From: a virus
Direction: 5' to 3' (one strand)
IMG/VR virus record: IMGVR_UViG_3300025132_000028
Span: 8,664-72,663 of that record
DNA: 64,000 nt
Position 1 is the stretch's first letter, and each line of letters begins with the position of its first letter. Under the pieces are notes generated by a model. It was not told where the DNA came from. It made no database searches and saw nothing but the letters and a program-made list of their open reading frames with translations. The translations under genes and the position numbers were made by a program. This document shows, piece by piece, positions 59,672-64,000 of the stretch.

Positions 59672-60433
59672 ATGGCAACTATCTGGAGTGTTGATGAACT
59701 AGTAGAAGCATCTGCTGTAAATCCCATAGAAGAAATTGATAAAAAATATTATGAATACGGACCAGGATTTGGATACTATATCCTTAGTAATGTCTACAAA
59801 AACTTTGATAAGTTTAGAGAAGTAGTCCGCTCCTGTCCTGTATATCCAAATATTATGAGTAAACTTAATCCGTTTTATACGGGTACAGTTCCTGATCCAT
59901 TAGTTGCAAAGGTGAGAGATACATTATCTACAGAGAAGTGGCACACTCCAGTTTCTTCGTATATTAATTATTATCATCACTCAATTATTACTGCAACTAA
60001 AGCACAAGCATGGCCACATAGTGATAGTTTTGAAGGTAGTGGTAGAGTTTTAGTTTGTAATGGTTGGTTATCTGAACATAACCCTAAGAATAAAACTTGT
60101 TTCTACTACAATAAAAAAACTGGAAAATATACTTGGACTGAAAAAGAATATGCAAGTGCTGTTCCTAATTGGAGAAGAAGAGCAGATAATAAATTTAGAA
60201 ACTTTGTTGAAGATGATACCTTAGTAAAGGTTGCTGAAGCATCAACTGAACCAGGAACAATCAGTATATATTTTAGTGATCAGATCCATGCCCCACATGT
60301 TGATTATGATGCAACAGATGAAAGACACTCCTATGTTTTGATGTTTGGAGATAATGCATACATGCAAGACACTGGTGGTCCTGATGAGAATGCTTTGAAA
60401 CCACCTAATTCAATGTCAGGTATGCTACTGTGA
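59672..60433 (+). CDS. Putative 2OG-Fe(II) oxygenase-fold protein
   Basis: PHSD (HxD), T.FY, and distal IH.P...R pattern; TATAAATA at 59644-59651. Confidence 0.6.
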   Translation: MATIWSVDELVEASAVNPIEEIDKKYYEYGPGFGYYILSNVYKNFDKFREVVRSCPVYPNIMSKLNPFYTGTVPDPLVAKVRDTLSTEKWHTPVSSYINYYHHSIITATKAQAWPHSDSFEGSGRVLVCNGWLSEHNPKNKTCFYYNKKTGKYTWTEKEYASAVPNWRRRADNKFRNFVEDDTLVKVAEASTEPGTISIYFSDQIHAPHVDYDATDERHSYVLMFGDNAYMQDTGGPDENALKPPNSMSGMLL

Positions 60434-60487
60434 CAGTATAATAAAGTGTCCACTCTGTATTGCATTGGTGGTAGGATGTATTATAAT
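60430..60487 (+). promoter_or_regulatory. Motif copy 2 plus a sigma70-like promoter upstream of cobS
   Basis: gtgacagtataataaagtgtccactc followed by TTGCAT-N16-TATAAT. Confidence 0.6.
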
Positions 60488-60513
60488 ATTAATATAAATC
60501 AAACAACTTTATC

Positions 60514-62615
<2,102 letters not shown>

Positions 62616-62623
62616 ATCTGATC

Positions 62624-63316
62624 ATGAAATTGAGAAAACATTTTACTATGAAACTATCTGAAAAAACAACTTCTTTGCTCAAGAACTTTTCTTCTATCAA
62701 CGGTTCTATTCTAGTTAAGGAGGGCACTTCAATCAAAACTATGTCTCCCATGAAAAATATTCTTGCGGAAGCAGTTATTGATGAGGACATGCCAAGGGAC
62801 TTTGCAATTTATGATTTGCCACAGTTCCTGAATACCATTGATCTGATGGACGGTCCTTTGCTTGATTTTACTAATGAACACTATGTTGTTATCAAACGTG
62901 AACGCAGTAAGTTTAAGTATTGGTTCTGCGATCATACCTTAGTTCCTTCACTTCCAGAGAAAACAATTGAGTTACCTAGTAGGGATGTTTGTTTTCAACT
63001 AGAACAAGAACAACTACGTCAATTGACTCGTGCTGCTGATGTTCTTGGTCTTCCAGATATGTCTGCTATTGGCGATCGTAATTCTATCAAACTTGTTGCT
63101 CGTGATAAGAACAATCAAACTTCTAATGACTATTCAATTGAAGTGGGAAGAACAGATAAAGAATTTATATTTAATTTTAAAAGAGAGAATATCAAGATCA
63201 TTCCAGAATCTTATGATGTTGTTATCTCTAAGAAACAACTTGCTAGTTTTAGTAACACAAAACTAAACCTTAATTATTTTATTGCACTTGAACCAGATTC
63301 AGTCTACAACGACTAA
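62624..63316 (+). CDS. g45: DNA polymerase sliding clamp gp45
   Basis: MKLS..T..LLKNFS.IN.SI, F.IYDL..FL and Y.IALE.DS; start may be at 62648. Confidence 0.95.
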   Translation: MKLRKHFTMKLSEKTTSLLKNFSSINGSILVKEGTSIKTMSPMKNILAEAVIDEDMPRDFAIYDLPQFLNTIDLMDGPLLDFTNEHYVVIKRERSKFKYWFCDHTLVPSLPEKTIELPSRDVCFQLEQEQLRQLTRAADVLGLPDMSAIGDRNSIKLVARDKNNQTSNDYSIEVGRTDKEFIFNFKRENIKIIPESYDVVISKKQLASFSNTKLNLNYFIALEPDSVYND

Positions 63317-63331
63317 ATCTATTACTTTATT

Positions 63332-64000
63332 ATGTCTGATTTTCTTTGGGTCGAAAAATACCGACCTAAAACTATTGATGATTGTATTTTACCCACTTCT
63401 ATTAAGACAACCTTTAAAGACTTTCTTGAGAAAGGTGAGGTTCCTAACCTCTTACTATCAGGTCCTCCTGGTGTAGGTAAAACTACAGTCGCTAAAGCAC
63501 TATGTGAAGAACTTGGAGCAGATTACTATGTTATCAATGGATCTGACGAGGGAAGATTTCTAGATACGGTACGGAACCAAGCAAAGAACTTTGCAGCAAC
63601 CGTATCACTTTCTTCTGATGCAAAACATAAAGTCATCATTATTGATGAAGCAGATAACACAGGGAATGATGTACAACTTCTCTTACGTGCTAATATCGAA
63701 GCATTTTATAATAACTGCCGATTTATTTTTACCTGTAACTATAAAAATAAAATTATTGAACCTCTCCACTCCCGATGTGCAGTTGTAGAGTTCAATATCA
63801 AAGGTAAGATGAAGACTCAACTTGCTGCAAGTTTCTATGGACATCTTCGTACTATCCTACAGAAAGAACAAGTTGAGTCAGATGATAAAGTCCTGATTGA
63901 AATTATACAAAAACACTTTCCTGATTGGCGACGTATTCTAAATGAGTGTCAGCGATACTCTGCTAGTGGAAAGATTGACTCAGGCATTCTTGTTGAGATG
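63332..64000 (+). CDS. g44: Clamp loader large subunit gp44, 3' truncated
   Basis: MSDFLWVEKYRP, GPPGVGKT, INGSDEG, IIDEAD, PLHSRC and FPD.RR.LNE; no stop before the window ends. Confidence 0.95.
   Translation, partial: MSDFLWVEKYRPKTIDDCILPTSIKTTFKDFLEKGEVPNLLLSGPPGVGKTTVAKALCEELGADYYVINGSDEGRFLDTVRNQAKNFAATVSLSSDAKHKVIIIDEADNTGNDVQLLLRANIEAFYNNCRFIFTCNYKNKIIEPLHSRCAVVEFNIKGKMKTQLAASFYGHLRTILQKEQVESDDKVLIEIIQKHFPDWRRILNECQRYSASGKIDSGILVEM

Overview
This window is 64 kb of an AT-rich, large T4-like cyanomyovirus genome (Kyanoviridae, P-SSM2/S-SM2-like). The host is probably Prochlorococcus or marine Synechococcus, given pebS and the cobS/cobT-like genes. All credible genes are on the + strand. 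The order is: a 5'-truncated giant baseplate wedge gp7 (>6600 aa), gp8, a 2478-aa VrlC/DUF4815-like virion protein, g13-g23, a small accessory island (short ORFs, a manA-like structured RNA, phosphomannomutase, small OMP-like protein), g3, uvsY, sugar-nucleotide enzymes, uvsW, g55, a flavin-dependent halogenase-like gene, g47, g46, a vWA/peptidase plus MoxR(CobS) pair interrupted by a methyltransferase and a 2OG-oxygenase-like gene, pebS, g45 and the start of g44. The most notable observations are: (1) nested, Russian-doll split domains across about 8.6 kb of gp7; (2) a 75-aa Trp/Arg/Tyr-rich segment in the VrlC-like protein; (3) a promoter, manA-like RNA, mutually exclusive terminator/antiterminator and PMM gene laid out like a complete riboswitch; (4) basic modular internal-head proteins carrying T4-like capsid-targeting sequences; (5) a late promoter inside an RBS-occluding hairpin. 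All calls come from reading motifs and synteny by eye; no database searches were run.
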